A DNA stretch of 32,000 nucleotides from Allobaculum fili (GCF_020969955.1 NZ_JAHDSX010000008.1:35206-67205), one strand, 5' to 3'; counted from the first letter of the stretch, positions 9,416 to 17,975 are shown. Program-made: numbers and translations. The notes: a model not told the origin generated them from the sequence alone.

Positions 9416-9446
9416 CAAAAGCACTTTCCCAAAGGTGAGAAAGTGC
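9416..9446 (-). terminator. Rho-independent terminator downstream of the Na/Pi cotransporter gene
   Basis: On the minus strand, GCACTTTC-10 nt-GAAAGTGC is followed by TTTTG. It lies about 85 nt past the stop at 9532. Confidence 0.5.
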
Positions 9447-9531
9447 AGAGAAACGGATCCAGTACGGCGTATTCTTTCAGATCCGATTCAGATATACGGT
9501 TTTATTCTTTGTGGAACCGGTTTATATGATT

Positions 9532-11280
9532 TCAGCGTTCGATGCGCACGAGGGCACAGGACGCCGGCGATGCGGAAGAAACCAGTCCAGCAGAATCTGC
9601 GCTCGCTCCGAGCTCCGGCTGACGATGCAGAGTATTCTGCCAGGCATCTTCATCGGCCAGACGCAGGGTACGCAGGGCGATCTGTTCGTAACACTCTGCA
9701 GCATCGAAGAACAGCCAGCTCGTTTCGGCATGTTCCTTATTTTTCTGTGCCCGCTGGAAATGGGCGCGCCGGCGTTCTTCGATATTGGACTGAATGGAAA
9801 CCACTTCCTGCTGAACGCGCAAAATCGCTTCTTTCGCTTCAGGCGAAGTCTGCATACTCTTTTCCTGGCCGATCTGCAGCCGAAAGAGCGCTTCTTTACA
9901 CAGTGTGGAGAGCGTATTGATATCTTCTTTCATCGATTCACTGAGGGCGTGATCGCCCAGAGAATCTTCTTTCATCGTACCGATCGCAATGCAGTTCATG
10001 GCAATCTGGTGCAGGTCTCTGGCGGAAAGCAGAATGCGCTGCAGCTGTTTCTGCTCGGATTCGTTCAGTGTCTGTAAATCGACGCCGCTGCAGTATTCCT
10101 TGACCTTGATGCAGTCGGCAAGAATTTTCGCACCCTTTTCGTGGAGCTTGCCGTTGTCTTTCGAATCGATCAGCACTTCCCGGGAAAGATCAATTAACGA
10201 GAGGCATTTGCCTTTCAGAACGTCGAGCTGGGCGAACAGAGCCTGAATCGCCGCATTCGGAATGGACTGCAGACGCGGATCGAGCAGAGCGGCGGAATGC
10301 TTTTTCTGGTGCTTGGCCGGATTGATCAGAATTTTGGAAAGTTCCACAAGCTGCTTTCGAAACGGAAACAGAATGGCCGTTACCGCCACGTTAAAGCCGG
10401 TATGGAACAGCGCAAGCGAAGACGAACTGACCCCGGCCATCATAAGCGACGGCTGGAACATGAAAAATACCACCGCGGCAGCGCCGACAATGAGTGCCCC
10501 GATCACGTTGAATTCGAGATGAATCATCGCGGCGCGCTTCGCGTTCGTATCGCCGGAAAGCGAAGAAAGCAGAGCGGTCACGCAGGTACCGATGTTCTGA
10601 CCTAACGCGATAAATACGGCAGAACCCCAGTTGACCGCGCCGGCCATAGCCATCGTCTGCAAAATACCCATCGAAGCCGAAGAAGACTGAATGATGGCAG
10701 TAACGCCAACGCCGGCCAGAACGCCGAGCAGCGGATTCGATCCGAGCACTTCAAACACTTTGGTGAAAACCGGCGAATCGGCATAGGGCGTAATCGATCC
10801 GGACATCGACGAAAGCCCCAGAAACAAAATGCCAAAGCCGATCAGAATTTTGCTTCCGTCCTTAAGACGGCTCGATTTGACCGTCATAGAAAGAATGACA
10901 CCGCTCATGAGCAGAATCGGGGCAATCATTTCCGGTTTGAGAAAGGAAGCCCACTCGCCCATCGAGACGATCCATCCGGTCATGGTCGTACCAATATTAG
11001 CGCCCATGATGACCGTGCACGCCTGGGTCAGCGACATCAGCGATGCGTTTACAAAACCGACGACCATAACCGTCGTTGCGGAAGAAGACTGAATGATGGC
11101 GGTCACGAGCGCGCCGGCCAGCAGACCCATCAGTGGATTTTTAGTCAGCGATTCGAGCAGGCGCCGGGTCTTGTCGCCCGCGGCTTTCTGCAGGCCTTCG
11201 CCCATCAGTTCCATTCCATACAGGAACATCCCCAGACCGCCCGCAAAGAGCAGCAGGGTCTTGATCATTTCTAAATTCAT
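9532..11280 (-). CDS. Na+/phosphate cotransporter family protein (NptA-like, with PhoU-like C-terminal domain)
   Basis: 582 aa with the duplicated signature IIQSSSATTVMVVGF / IIQSSSASMGILQ in a polytopic membrane N-terminal half. The C-terminal half is helical and soluble. GAGGAG lies 8 nt upstream of the ATG. Confidence 0.88.
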   Translation of the reverse strand: MNLEMIKTLLLFAGGLGMFLYGMELMGEGLQKAAGDKTRRLLESLTKNPLMGLLAGALVTAIIQSSSATTVMVVGFVNASLMSLTQACTVIMGANIGTTMTGWIVSMGEWASFLKPEMIAPILLMSGVILSMTVKSSRLKDGSKILIGFGILFLGLSSMSGSITPYADSPVFTKVFEVLGSNPLLGVLAGVGVTAIIQSSSASMGILQTMAMAGAVNWGSAVFIALGQNIGTCVTALLSSLSGDTNAKRAAMIHLEFNVIGALIVGAAAVVFFMFQPSLMMAGVSSSSLALFHTGFNVAVTAILFPFRKQLVELSKILINPAKHQKKHSAALLDPRLQSIPNAAIQALFAQLDVLKGKCLSLIDLSREVLIDSKDNGKLHEKGAKILADCIKVKEYCSGVDLQTLNESEQKQLQRILLSARDLHQIAMNCIAIGTMKEDSLGDHALSESMKEDINTLSTLCKEALFRLQIGQEKSMQTSPEAKEAILRVQQEVVSIQSNIEERRRAHFQRAQKNKEHAETSWLFFDAAECYEQIALRTLRLADEDAWQNTLHRQPELGASADSAGLVSSASPASCALVRIER

Positions 11281-11283
11281 GAA

Positions 11284-11514
11284 TTACACTCCTCGGTCCG
11301 CCCGCAGGGCGTCCTTATGACAAGGTAGCTTGCTTTGCGGCGCTCCTTTGTATACAGCACCGTCTGGTTTTTCCTTTTGCCGGCTCTGCGCGTTTTCGCG
11401 ACAGAGGCGCTGAAGCCGGTCCTGCTTTTTTACGTTGCGATACAGAAGTTCAATGAGCAGAGCACAAAAGCCGATCACAGAAAAGACGACAAGCACGAAG
11501 ATCATTTCTTTCAC
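11284..11514 (-). CDS. Small single-pass membrane protein (76 aa), first gene of the Na/Pi operon
   Basis: GTG start 6 nt after AAGGAGGG. The hydrophobic N-terminus IFVLVVFSVIGFCALLIELL is followed by a basic tail. The stop lies 3 nt before the cotransporter ATG. No family was recognised. Confidence 0.45.
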   Translation of the reverse strand: MKEMIFVLVVFSVIGFCALLIELLYRNVKKQDRLQRLCRENAQSRQKEKPDGAVYKGAPQSKLPCHKDALRADRGV

Positions 11515-11563
11515 CTGGATCCCTCCTTGTACTCCCATAGTAAAAAATCCCCATTTTCGGCTC

Positions 11564-11602
11564 TATCTGCGTTTGGAAAAGCTTTTGTAAAATCTATGTA
11601 AA
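11564..11602 (-). promoter_or_regulatory. Pho-box-like direct repeats upstream of the small-ORF/Na-Pi operon
   Basis: The minus strand reads TTTACA-tagat-TTTACA-aaagc-TTTTCC-aaacg-CAGATA, with hexamers at an exact 11-bp period. This matches the Bacillus PhoP-box pattern TT(A/T/C)ACA with about 5-bp spacers. Confidence 0.5.
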
Positions 11603-11667
11603 CCCGTAAGCGTTGCGAAGCTGGTTTTTGGACAAAGAGAAAGCTGAGTCTTCCCTGCCTTTTGGCA

Positions 11668-11713
11668 TAAAGAAAAAGACCTTTTCCGGAAATATGGATC
11701 CAGAAAAGGTCTT
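11668..11713 (-). terminator. Rho-independent terminator of eda
   Basis: On the minus strand, AAGACCTTTTC-loop-GAAAAGGTCTT is followed by TTTTTCTTT, just downstream of the eda stop at 11760. Confidence 0.7.
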
Positions 11714-11759
11714 CGTGTTCTTATGGTTCGGTTTTGTATTTACAGGTCTGGTTTAAGGC

Positions 11760-12398
11760 TTACTTCTTGATTTCGTGGAATTTGTCAGCGGCTTTTTTGC
11801 AGAGGGCTTCGATTTCGTCGAATTTGCCTTCTTTGATCAGATCCGTTTTAACCATCCAGCTTCCGCCTACGCAGAAGATGCAGTCATCCTTGAGGTAGTC
11901 TTCCATGTTCTTTTCGTTGATTCCGCCAGACGGCATGAAACGCATCATGTTGAACGGAGCAGCGATGTTCTTGATCATTTTCAGACCGCCGGAAGCTTCA
12001 GCCGGGAAGAATTTTACTTCGCGCAGACCGAGTACGTAGCACTGCTGAATATCGGTCGGGGTGCAGGTTCCTGGGAGAACCGGTACGTTCTTTTCGATGC
12101 AGTATTTTACTACGTCTGCATCAAGCGCCGGGGATACGATGAACTGAGCACCAGCTTCGAGAGCTTCGTCAACCATAGCGGTTGTGAGAACGGTTCCGGC
12201 ACCAACGAGCAGTTCCGGACATTCCTTGCGCATAACGGCAATGGAATCTTTAGCTGCTGCGGTACGGAAGGTTACTTCGGCAGCAGGCAGGCCGCCGGCC
12301 AGCAGAGTCTTGCCGAGGGGAGCGGCATCTTTTACATCTTCGAGTACGACAACAGGGATAATTCCGATCTGTTCAAATTTTTCAAACGTTGCATTCAT
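11760..12398 (-). CDS. eda: 2-dehydro-3-deoxyphosphogluconate (KDPG) / 4-hydroxy-2-oxoglutarate aldolase
   Basis: GIIPVVVLEDVKDAAPLGKTLLAGGLPAAEVTFRT, and EVKFFPAEASGG (Schiff-base Lys region). ATG at 12398 follows AGGTGA. The ORF-track start at 12407 is a GTG. Confidence 0.9.
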   Translation of the reverse strand: MNATFEKFEQIGIIPVVVLEDVKDAAPLGKTLLAGGLPAAEVTFRTAAAKDSIAVMRKECPELLVGAGTVLTTAMVDEALEAGAQFIVSPALDADVVKYCIEKNVPVLPGTCTPTDIQQCYVLGLREVKFFPAEASGGLKMIKNIAAPFNMMRFMPSGGINEKNMEDYLKDDCIFCVGGSWMVKTDLIKEGKFDEIEALCKKAADKFHEIKK

Positions 12399-12472
12399 AT
12401 GGGTCACCTGATTCTTTCTTTATCCAACATCGACAGCCAGCATGGCAAATCACGCCTGCACCGGCTTCGAAA

Positions 12473-12503
12473 GCCTGTACTAAAAGCCTGTACTAATAGT
12501 ACA
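12473..12503. promoter_or_regulatory. Candidate operator: direct repeat GCCTGTACTA x2 ending in the palindrome TGTACTA-a-TAGTACA
   Basis: GCCTGTACTA occurs at 12473-12482 and 12486-12495. A perfect 7+7 inverted repeat spans 12489-12503, about 90-105 bp upstream of eda. A possible -35 TTGCCA and -10 GATAAA lie between it and the gene. Confidence 0.35.
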
Positions 12504-13078
12504 TCGTGAACGCGCATAACTTGCCTGATGTGATTGCCGGCTGTATTACGGGCATTGGCAATGTCTGTATTCTACTCATTTCCCTTTTGGAAATTCATCG
12601 CATTCTTTGCGTGATGCCTTGAAATTCTTGCGAGAGAAATCCGTGCCCCTTTCAGGCATTGAACGGCCCTTTTATTGTAAGTACCAGCAGACAGGGCAAA
12701 AAAACGCGCTTAAACGTACCCGTATGTATTGTTTTCCTCCTACGCAACGATTGCCGAATTTGTACAGACCGCTCGCTGCCGCGACAAAGGAAGGCAAAAC
12801 GGGCCATGCGAAAATCGCGTCGATCCGTCAGAAGCCGCTTTGCAAAACGGATGATGTTTCGAATTTTTCCGTTTCCAGTGGACACGTTTTTCAAGAAAGC
12901 CTTTCCGAAACGCATTTCAAAAAGGCTTTCCAAACCGTTTTCTGCAGGATGCCCTCGCCGCTGCCGCTTGAAGCGATACACTCGCATCGAGAGATCTTAT
13001 GTCTGAAGGTGCGGATCGTTTCAAGCGCAGCAAGGAATGCTGTACCCGATTTCGAATTACGAATTAAAGGAGTTCACT

Positions 13079-14494
13079 ATGAAAAAATTTATGGATGAAG
13101 ACTTCCTGCTGGAAACCCCGGAAGCCAGACATCTTTTCCATGACTTTGCCGAGCAGATGCCGGTTGTGGATTACCACTGCCACATCAATCCGCAGGAAAT
13201 TTACGAAGACCGTCAGTTTGACAATATCGCTCAGGTATGGCTGGGCGGCGACCACTACAAATGGCGCCAGATGCGTTCCAACGGCATCGATGAAAAATTC
13301 ATCACCGGCGACGCATCGGACTGGGAAAAATTCCTCGCCTACGCGAAAACTCTCGACAAGGCGATCGGCAATCCGCTCTACCACTGGTCTCACCTCGAAC
13401 TTCAGCGCTTCTTTGGCTGCACAGGCGTACTGAGCGAAAAGACCGCGAAAGAGGTATGGGAGCTCTGCAACGAACAGCTCAAGAGCCCGGAAATGTCCGC
13501 ACGCAACCTGATCAAGAAAGCGAACGTTACCCTGCTTTGCACGACCGACGATCCGATCGACGATCTCAAATGGCACAAGCTGATCAAGGAAGACGAAAGC
13601 TTTGACGTGCAGGTTCTTCCCGCCTGGAGACCGGACCGTGCCGTCAACATCAACAAGGATGACTTCAACAGCTACATCGATCAGCTAGCTGAAGTTTCCA
13701 AAATGGAAATCAAAACGTATGCCGATCTGAAAGAAGCGCTCTCCAAGCGTCTGGAATTCTTCGCTGCCAACGGCTGCTCCGTATCCGACCACGGTCTGGA
13801 CTACGTAATGTATGCGCCGGCAAGTGAAGAAGAAGTGGAAGCGATCTTCGCGAAGAAACGAAACGGCGAAGCGCTCAGCACTCAGGAAGCGGATCAGTTC
13901 AAGACCGCTCTGGTTGCCGCTCTGGCCAAAGAATACAAAAACCGCGGCTGGGTGATGCAGCTGCACTACGGCTGCCTGCGCAACAACAACACCCCGATGT
14001 TTGAAAAGCTTGGCGCCGACACCGGTTACGACTGCATTTCCAACTACACCCCGGCCAGCCAGCTCACCAGTTTCCTCAACCATGTGGAATCCAACGGCGG
14101 CCTGCCCAAGACCATTCTTTACTCCCTCAATCCAGCCGATGATGAAATGATCGGCACCGTGATCGGCTGCTTCCAGAACAGCGATGCCATCGGCAAAATC
14201 CAGCAGGGTTCTGCATGGTGGTTCAACGACAACAAGAGCGGCATGATCAAGCAGATGACTGCCCTGGCCAACCTTGGTCTGCTTGGCAACTTCATCGGCA
14301 TGCTCACCGACTCCCGCAGCTTCCTTTCCTACCCGCGTCATGAATACTTCCGCCGCATTCTTTGCAACCTCGTTGGCGGATGGGTAGAAAACGGCGAGTT
14401 CCCGGCAGACGATGATCTGCTTGCTCCGATCATCAAAGGCATCTCCTACAACAACACCCTTCGCTACTTCGGCTTCGATCTCGAACAGAAGTAA
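13079..14494 (+). CDS. uxaC: Glucuronate (uronate) isomerase
   Basis: 471 aa with VVDYHCHINPQEI, WLGGDHYKWRQMRSNG and NPLYHWSHLEL. ATG at 13079 follows AAAGGAG. Confidence 0.93.
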   Translation: MKKFMDEDFLLETPEARHLFHDFAEQMPVVDYHCHINPQEIYEDRQFDNIAQVWLGGDHYKWRQMRSNGIDEKFITGDASDWEKFLAYAKTLDKAIGNPLYHWSHLELQRFFGCTGVLSEKTAKEVWELCNEQLKSPEMSARNLIKKANVTLLCTTDDPIDDLKWHKLIKEDESFDVQVLPAWRPDRAVNINKDDFNSYIDQLAEVSKMEIKTYADLKEALSKRLEFFAANGCSVSDHGLDYVMYAPASEEEVEAIFAKKRNGEALSTQEADQFKTALVAALAKEYKNRGWVMQLHYGCLRNNNTPMFEKLGADTGYDCISNYTPASQLTSFLNHVESNGGLPKTILYSLNPADDEMIGTVIGCFQNSDAIGKIQQGSAWWFNDNKSGMIKQMTALANLGLLGNFIGMLTDSRSFLSYPRHEYFRRILCNLVGGWVENGEFPADDDLLAPIIKGISYNNTLRYFGFDLEQK

Positions 14495-14566
14495 TCAGAA
14501 GAAATCAAAGGGAGTTTTCGCTCCATCCAAACTGCAGACGGACTGAATCTCACCCCATATAAACGA

Positions 14567-14604
14567 AACGGCTCGCATTTTTGCGGGCCGTTTTTCTGTA
14601 TTTT
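14567..14604 (+). terminator. Rho-independent terminator of uxaC
   Basis: AACGGCTCGCA-tttt-TGCGGGCCGTT (11 bp, one G-U pair) followed by TTTTCTGTATTTT. Confidence 0.75.
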
Positions 14605-14689
14605 CCTGTTCTAATTGGTTCTGGACTTGCCGGTTTCTGCTTTTCCCCTTTCGCCTTTTCCAGTCTGCGGTTTGGTTCAAAGCTGTCTT

Positions 14690-15226
14690 TTAACTGTATT
14701 CGACAGTTTCCGCGTCTAAAACTGAAACGACGGAGGTTTCCTCTGGTTTGCCCTGTCCTGGGAGGTTCATGAATTCCTGTCCATGACTGTTTTCATAATA
14801 CGTACGGACTTCTTCGGACAGCTGATCGGGAATCATAGCTTTTACCGCTTCTTCACTGCCGAGTTCCTGAGCCATCTCGTAATACCAGCACTTGAACTGA
14901 ATCATGTTCATTTCCTGCTGAAGTTCAGCGATTTTCTCTTCCAGTACGCTTCTTCGCTTTTCAAAAAGCGCTTTGCGTTTTGCGAACGTTTTGCTTCCCT
15001 GTCCAGCCATCTCCATGAACGTCTGAATGTCCCGAATTTCCAGTCCGCTCGCTTTCAGGCACTGAATGACGCGAATCGATTCAATATTCTCTTCTGAAAA
15101 TGAACGGATTCCATTGGTCTTTTACAGATTCGGAATCAGGTTTTGCCGGTCATAATAGTGCCGCGTGGAAATTGGTATCCCAAACATTGCGCTGACCTGT
15201 CCAATCGATGCTTCTGTCTTTTTCAT
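14690..15226 (-). pseudogene. MerR-family transcriptional regulator interrupted by an in-frame TAA
   Basis: ATG at 15226 gives MKKTEASIGQVSAMFGIPISTRHYYDRQNLIPNL (a MerR helix-turn-helix). A TAA follows at 15124-15122, read on the minus strand. The same frame then continues as KTNGIRSFSEENIESIRVIQCLKASGLEIRDIQTFMEMAG... into ORF 14690..15016. Confidence 0.75.
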
Positions 15227-15244
15227 TTTTCGAGTGCTTCCTCC

Positions 15245-15273
15245 TTGAGCTGAAGTCAGGTTCAGGGTATACC
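15245..15273 (+). promoter_or_regulatory. Putative promoter with a dyad in the spacer, upstream of the hydrolase gene (divergent from merR)
   Basis: TTGAGC (15245-15250), a 17-nt spacer, then TATACC (15268-15273). The spacer carries CTGAA-gtcagg-TTCAG. The spacer is 17 nt rather than the 19-20 nt typical of MerR promoters. Confidence 0.3.
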
Positions 15274-15303
15274 CTTTGCTCGTCATCATACAAGGAGGAA
15301 CTT

Positions 15304-16290
15304 ATGAACACAGTATCCAGTACTGAACTGACGCTTACCGAAGACTGGGACAAAGTCTTCCCAGAAAGCGATCGCGTAAACCATCATAAAGTCGTCTTTC
15401 CAAACCGTTACGGCATCCTTCTGGCTGCCGACGTCTATGAACCGAAGACGGCAGAGAGAAAACTGCCTGCCATTGCCATCAGCGGCCCATTTGGGGCGGT
15501 GAAAGAACAGGCCTCTGGACTGTACGCGCAGAAACTTGCCGAAATGGGCTATTGCACCCTGGCCTTTGATCCGTCCTTTACCAAAGAAAGCGGCGGCTTC
15601 CCGCGTCGTGTGGCTTCCCCGGATATCAATACGGAAGACTTCAGTACCGCCGTTGACTTCCTGTCCAATACCGACAAAGTCGATCCAGAAAGGATCGGCA
15701 TTCTTGGCATTTGCGGATTTGGCGGTATGGCGTTAAATGCCGCCAGCAATGATCCCCATATCAAAGCTGCCGTAACGAGCACGATGTACAACATGTCCGA
15801 AAATATTTCGAAAGGCTACTTCGACACGGAAGATTCCAAAGAAGCACGCAACGCGAAACGTGCCGCGATCGCAAGACAGAGAACGATCGATTTTAAAAAC
15901 CGTGACCAGAAACGCGGCGGCGGTGTCGTCAATCCCGTTCCCACAGATGCACCGCAGTTTATAAAGGATTATCACGACTACTACAAGACGCCGCGAGGCT
16001 ATCACCCCCGTTCCGGCAACTGTACCGACGGCTGGAACGTGACCGGTACAGCTTCCTTTCTGAATATGCGGCTCAATACGTATATTGATGAAATTGAAGC
16101 CCCTGTCCTTCTGATCCATGGAGAAAAGGCGCATTCCCTGTCCTATTCCAAAGAAGCGTACTCGCATCTCAAAGGGGAGAACAAGGAGCTTCTGATTATT
16201 CCAGGCGCCTCCCATACCGATCTGTACGATCAGATGGCTATCATTCCGTTCGCGAAAATCGACGAATTTTATACGAACGCCTTCCGCTAG
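15304..16290 (+). CDS. Alpha/beta-fold hydrolase (dienelactone-hydrolase-like)
   Basis: 328 aa. ATG at 15304 follows AAGGAGGAA. LGICGFGGMAL may be a Cys nucleophile elbow, and a late LLIIPGASHTDLYD His region is present. Substrate unknown. Confidence 0.75.
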   Translation: MNTVSSTELTLTEDWDKVFPESDRVNHHKVVFPNRYGILLAADVYEPKTAERKLPAIAISGPFGAVKEQASGLYAQKLAEMGYCTLAFDPSFTKESGGFPRRVASPDINTEDFSTAVDFLSNTDKVDPERIGILGICGFGGMALNAASNDPHIKAAVTSTMYNMSENISKGYFDTEDSKEARNAKRAAIARQRTIDFKNRDQKRGGGVVNPVPTDAPQFIKDYHDYYKTPRGYHPRSGNCTDGWNVTGTASFLNMRLNTYIDEIEAPVLLIHGEKAHSLSYSKEAYSHLKGENKELLIIPGASHTDLYDQMAIIPFAKIDEFYTNAFR

Positions 16291-16389
16291 AGCGGATCGC
16301 CTTCGTTTATCCCTGCTCTTTTTAATATTTCTTAATCCGTATCTCGATTCCATAATCCGAATATCGCATCTCGCCTTTCTCTTTTTCTA

Positions 16390-16438
16390 TATTCCCTATT
16401 CCATATTCCATATTCCGCATTCCGTATTCCGTATTCCG
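16390..16438. repeat. Heptanucleotide tandem repeat (TATTCCN) x7
   Basis: tattccc tattcca tattcca tattccg cattccg tattccg tattccg, contiguous, with degenerate copies on both flanks (ataatccg, tatttccg). The region is intergenic. Confidence 0.9.
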
Positions 16439-16484
16439 CACCCTGTATTTCCGCCGAATTTTCAAAATGGGAATGGAGAAATTC

Positions 16485-16538
16485 AAAGCCGGTCTTCTGA
16501 AGCCGTTTTGCTCACGAAGACCGGCTTTTCCTTTTTGC
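16485..16538 (+). terminator. Strong stem-loop plus U-tract, 195 nt past the hydrolase stop
   Basis: AAAGCCGGTCTTC (16485-16497), an 18-nt loop, then GAAGACCGGCTTT (16516-28), followed by TCCTTTTTG. The stem is a perfect 13 bp. Confidence 0.7.
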
Positions 16539-16776
16539 AAGAGAGGAAAGACATAATCAAAAAGCGGAAAGGAAACCAGCCGAAAACTGAATGTCCTGCG
16601 TAGTCCGTACTGTGAGCTGACTGGGCAGTTCTCTTTCGGGCAATAAAAAAGATGAATCCCTGTCTTTGCCCTGCAAAATAAAGCAGTAAGGATAGTTATT
16701 CATCACATTAGTACAGATTTTCAAATCGATCTATACTTGAAAAGGATTAAGTCAGTATATTGCACCCACGCCGGTA

Positions 16777-17667
16777 TTATTTGGCTGTTTCGGCTTCCTG
16801 ATCCAGTTTCTGAGTCTGGGTTTTCATGGCATCGAGGCGTTTGTAGCGATCGATCTGTTCTGCTCTCCATTTGGACGGCGACATGCCGAATTCTCTGTAA
16901 AACGCCCGATAGAAACTCGAATATTCTTCAAAGCCGCAGTCCACGGCTGCCTTATTCAGATCATCGCCGGCCATAACGGCTGCCGATGCCGCTTTCAGAC
17001 GTTTTTTCAGAACATACTGATGGATGGTCGTTCCCATGGAAGAACGGAAAAGATGGGACAGATGGTACTTCGAAACAAAGAAACGCGAAGCCAGCGCATC
17101 GAGCGAAAGGTCATCGCCCAGATGATCGTCAATATAGGAAAGCAGTCCGGAAACGAGAACGTTCTGCCGATCGGGTTGAACCTGCGCGGTGAAGTCAAAG
17201 AAATAACGGCTCCACCACAGCAGCAGAATCTCAAGCGAGCAGTCCTGGATTTCGCGGGATCCAAACCCGAATCGAACCTGTTCTTCCAGAATGGCGCTGA
17301 TCAGGCTGCAGAGGGTCGAGAAAATCGCGAACTCGAAATGCTTCACATAGTTTCTCGTACTGCGGCAGGCATCAAACAGTTTTTTGAAGTCATCGCTCTT
17401 GGTACAGAGCTCGTCGACATAGTCTTTGGAAAGCCATATGACAAAGCGCTCATAGGAAACGCTTGGATCAATGGCGTTTTCATGAACTAGTCCAGGCGGA
17501 ATGAGCGCCGTATCGCCGTTGCGGCAGATGTATTCCTTGCCTGCGATATTCATTCGAACCTTGCCGGAGAGAAAAACGGTCAGTTCGAAAAAGTCGTGCT
17601 TATGCACTTCCACATGCGAAAGCGATTTATCGCTGTAGTAGTAAACCTCATAACGCGGTTTCTGCAT
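16777..17667 (-). CDS. AraC-family transcriptional regulator (cupin-type N-terminal domain plus HTH_AraC)
   Basis: C-terminus reads LDALASRFFVSKYHLSHLFRSSMGTTIHQYVLKKRL...AAVDCGFEEYSSFYRAFYREFGMSPSKWR. The preferred start MQKPRYEV (17667) follows AAGAGG by 6 nt. The alternative ATG at 17709 has only a weak ribosome-binding site. The gene is divergent from uxuA. Confidence 0.88.
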   Translation of the reverse strand: MQKPRYEVYYYSDKSLSHVEVHKHDFFELTVFLSGKVRMNIAGKEYICRNGDTALIPPGLVHENAIDPSVSYERFVIWLSKDYVDELCTKSDDFKKLFDACRSTRNYVKHFEFAIFSTLCSLISAILEEQVRFGFGSREIQDCSLEILLLWWSRYFFDFTAQVQPDRQNVLVSGLLSYIDDHLGDDLSLDALASRFFVSKYHLSHLFRSSMGTTIHQYVLKKRLKAASAAVMAGDDLNKAAVDCGFEEYSSFYRAFYREFGMSPSKWRAEQIDRYKRLDAMKTQTQKLDQEAETAK

Positions 17668-17975
17668 CGTTTGCCTCTTAGAAAAGGGGGTAGATAGGTT
17701 TTTCTTCATACCCCAAGTATAAGTCCGACTTTATTTTGGGATCATTCCGTGCTCACGCAATTTTTGCAAAGTACAACTCAAATTTAGAAATACCCTGAAA
17801 TAAACCGGATTCCTATAATAAACATCGTTAAACAGATGATAAATCTCAGCAATGAAAGCCCATTCCAGAAATTTCAGATTTCCCCGTTAAAAAGGTCTAG
17901 AAAAAAAATGGAATTGTATTTCTCATTGCCAGCAGAAAAACAGACAGCCGCTAAGGCTGCCAGGAGGATATACAC

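Noticed and set aside
12607-13098. Three mutually overlapping ORFs (163, 115 and 111 aa) in the eda-uxaC intergenic region, considered as a possible missing hexuronate regulator.
   Set aside because: None has a Shine-Dalgarno sequence or any helix-turn-helix or effector-domain motif. The translations are basic and low-complexity. One runs into the uxaC ribosome-binding site and start. The region is treated as non-coding regulatory DNA.
16390-16438. The short-repeat array considered as a CRISPR array.
   Set aside because: The repeat units are 7 bp and contiguous, with no spacers, and no cas genes are present in the window.
16322-16540. A 72-aa minus-strand ORF with a repeating NxEYG peptide motif.
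   Set aside because: The peptide periodicity is produced by reading the 7-bp tandem repeat in three phases. The ORF also runs through a terminator stem and has no ribosome-binding site.
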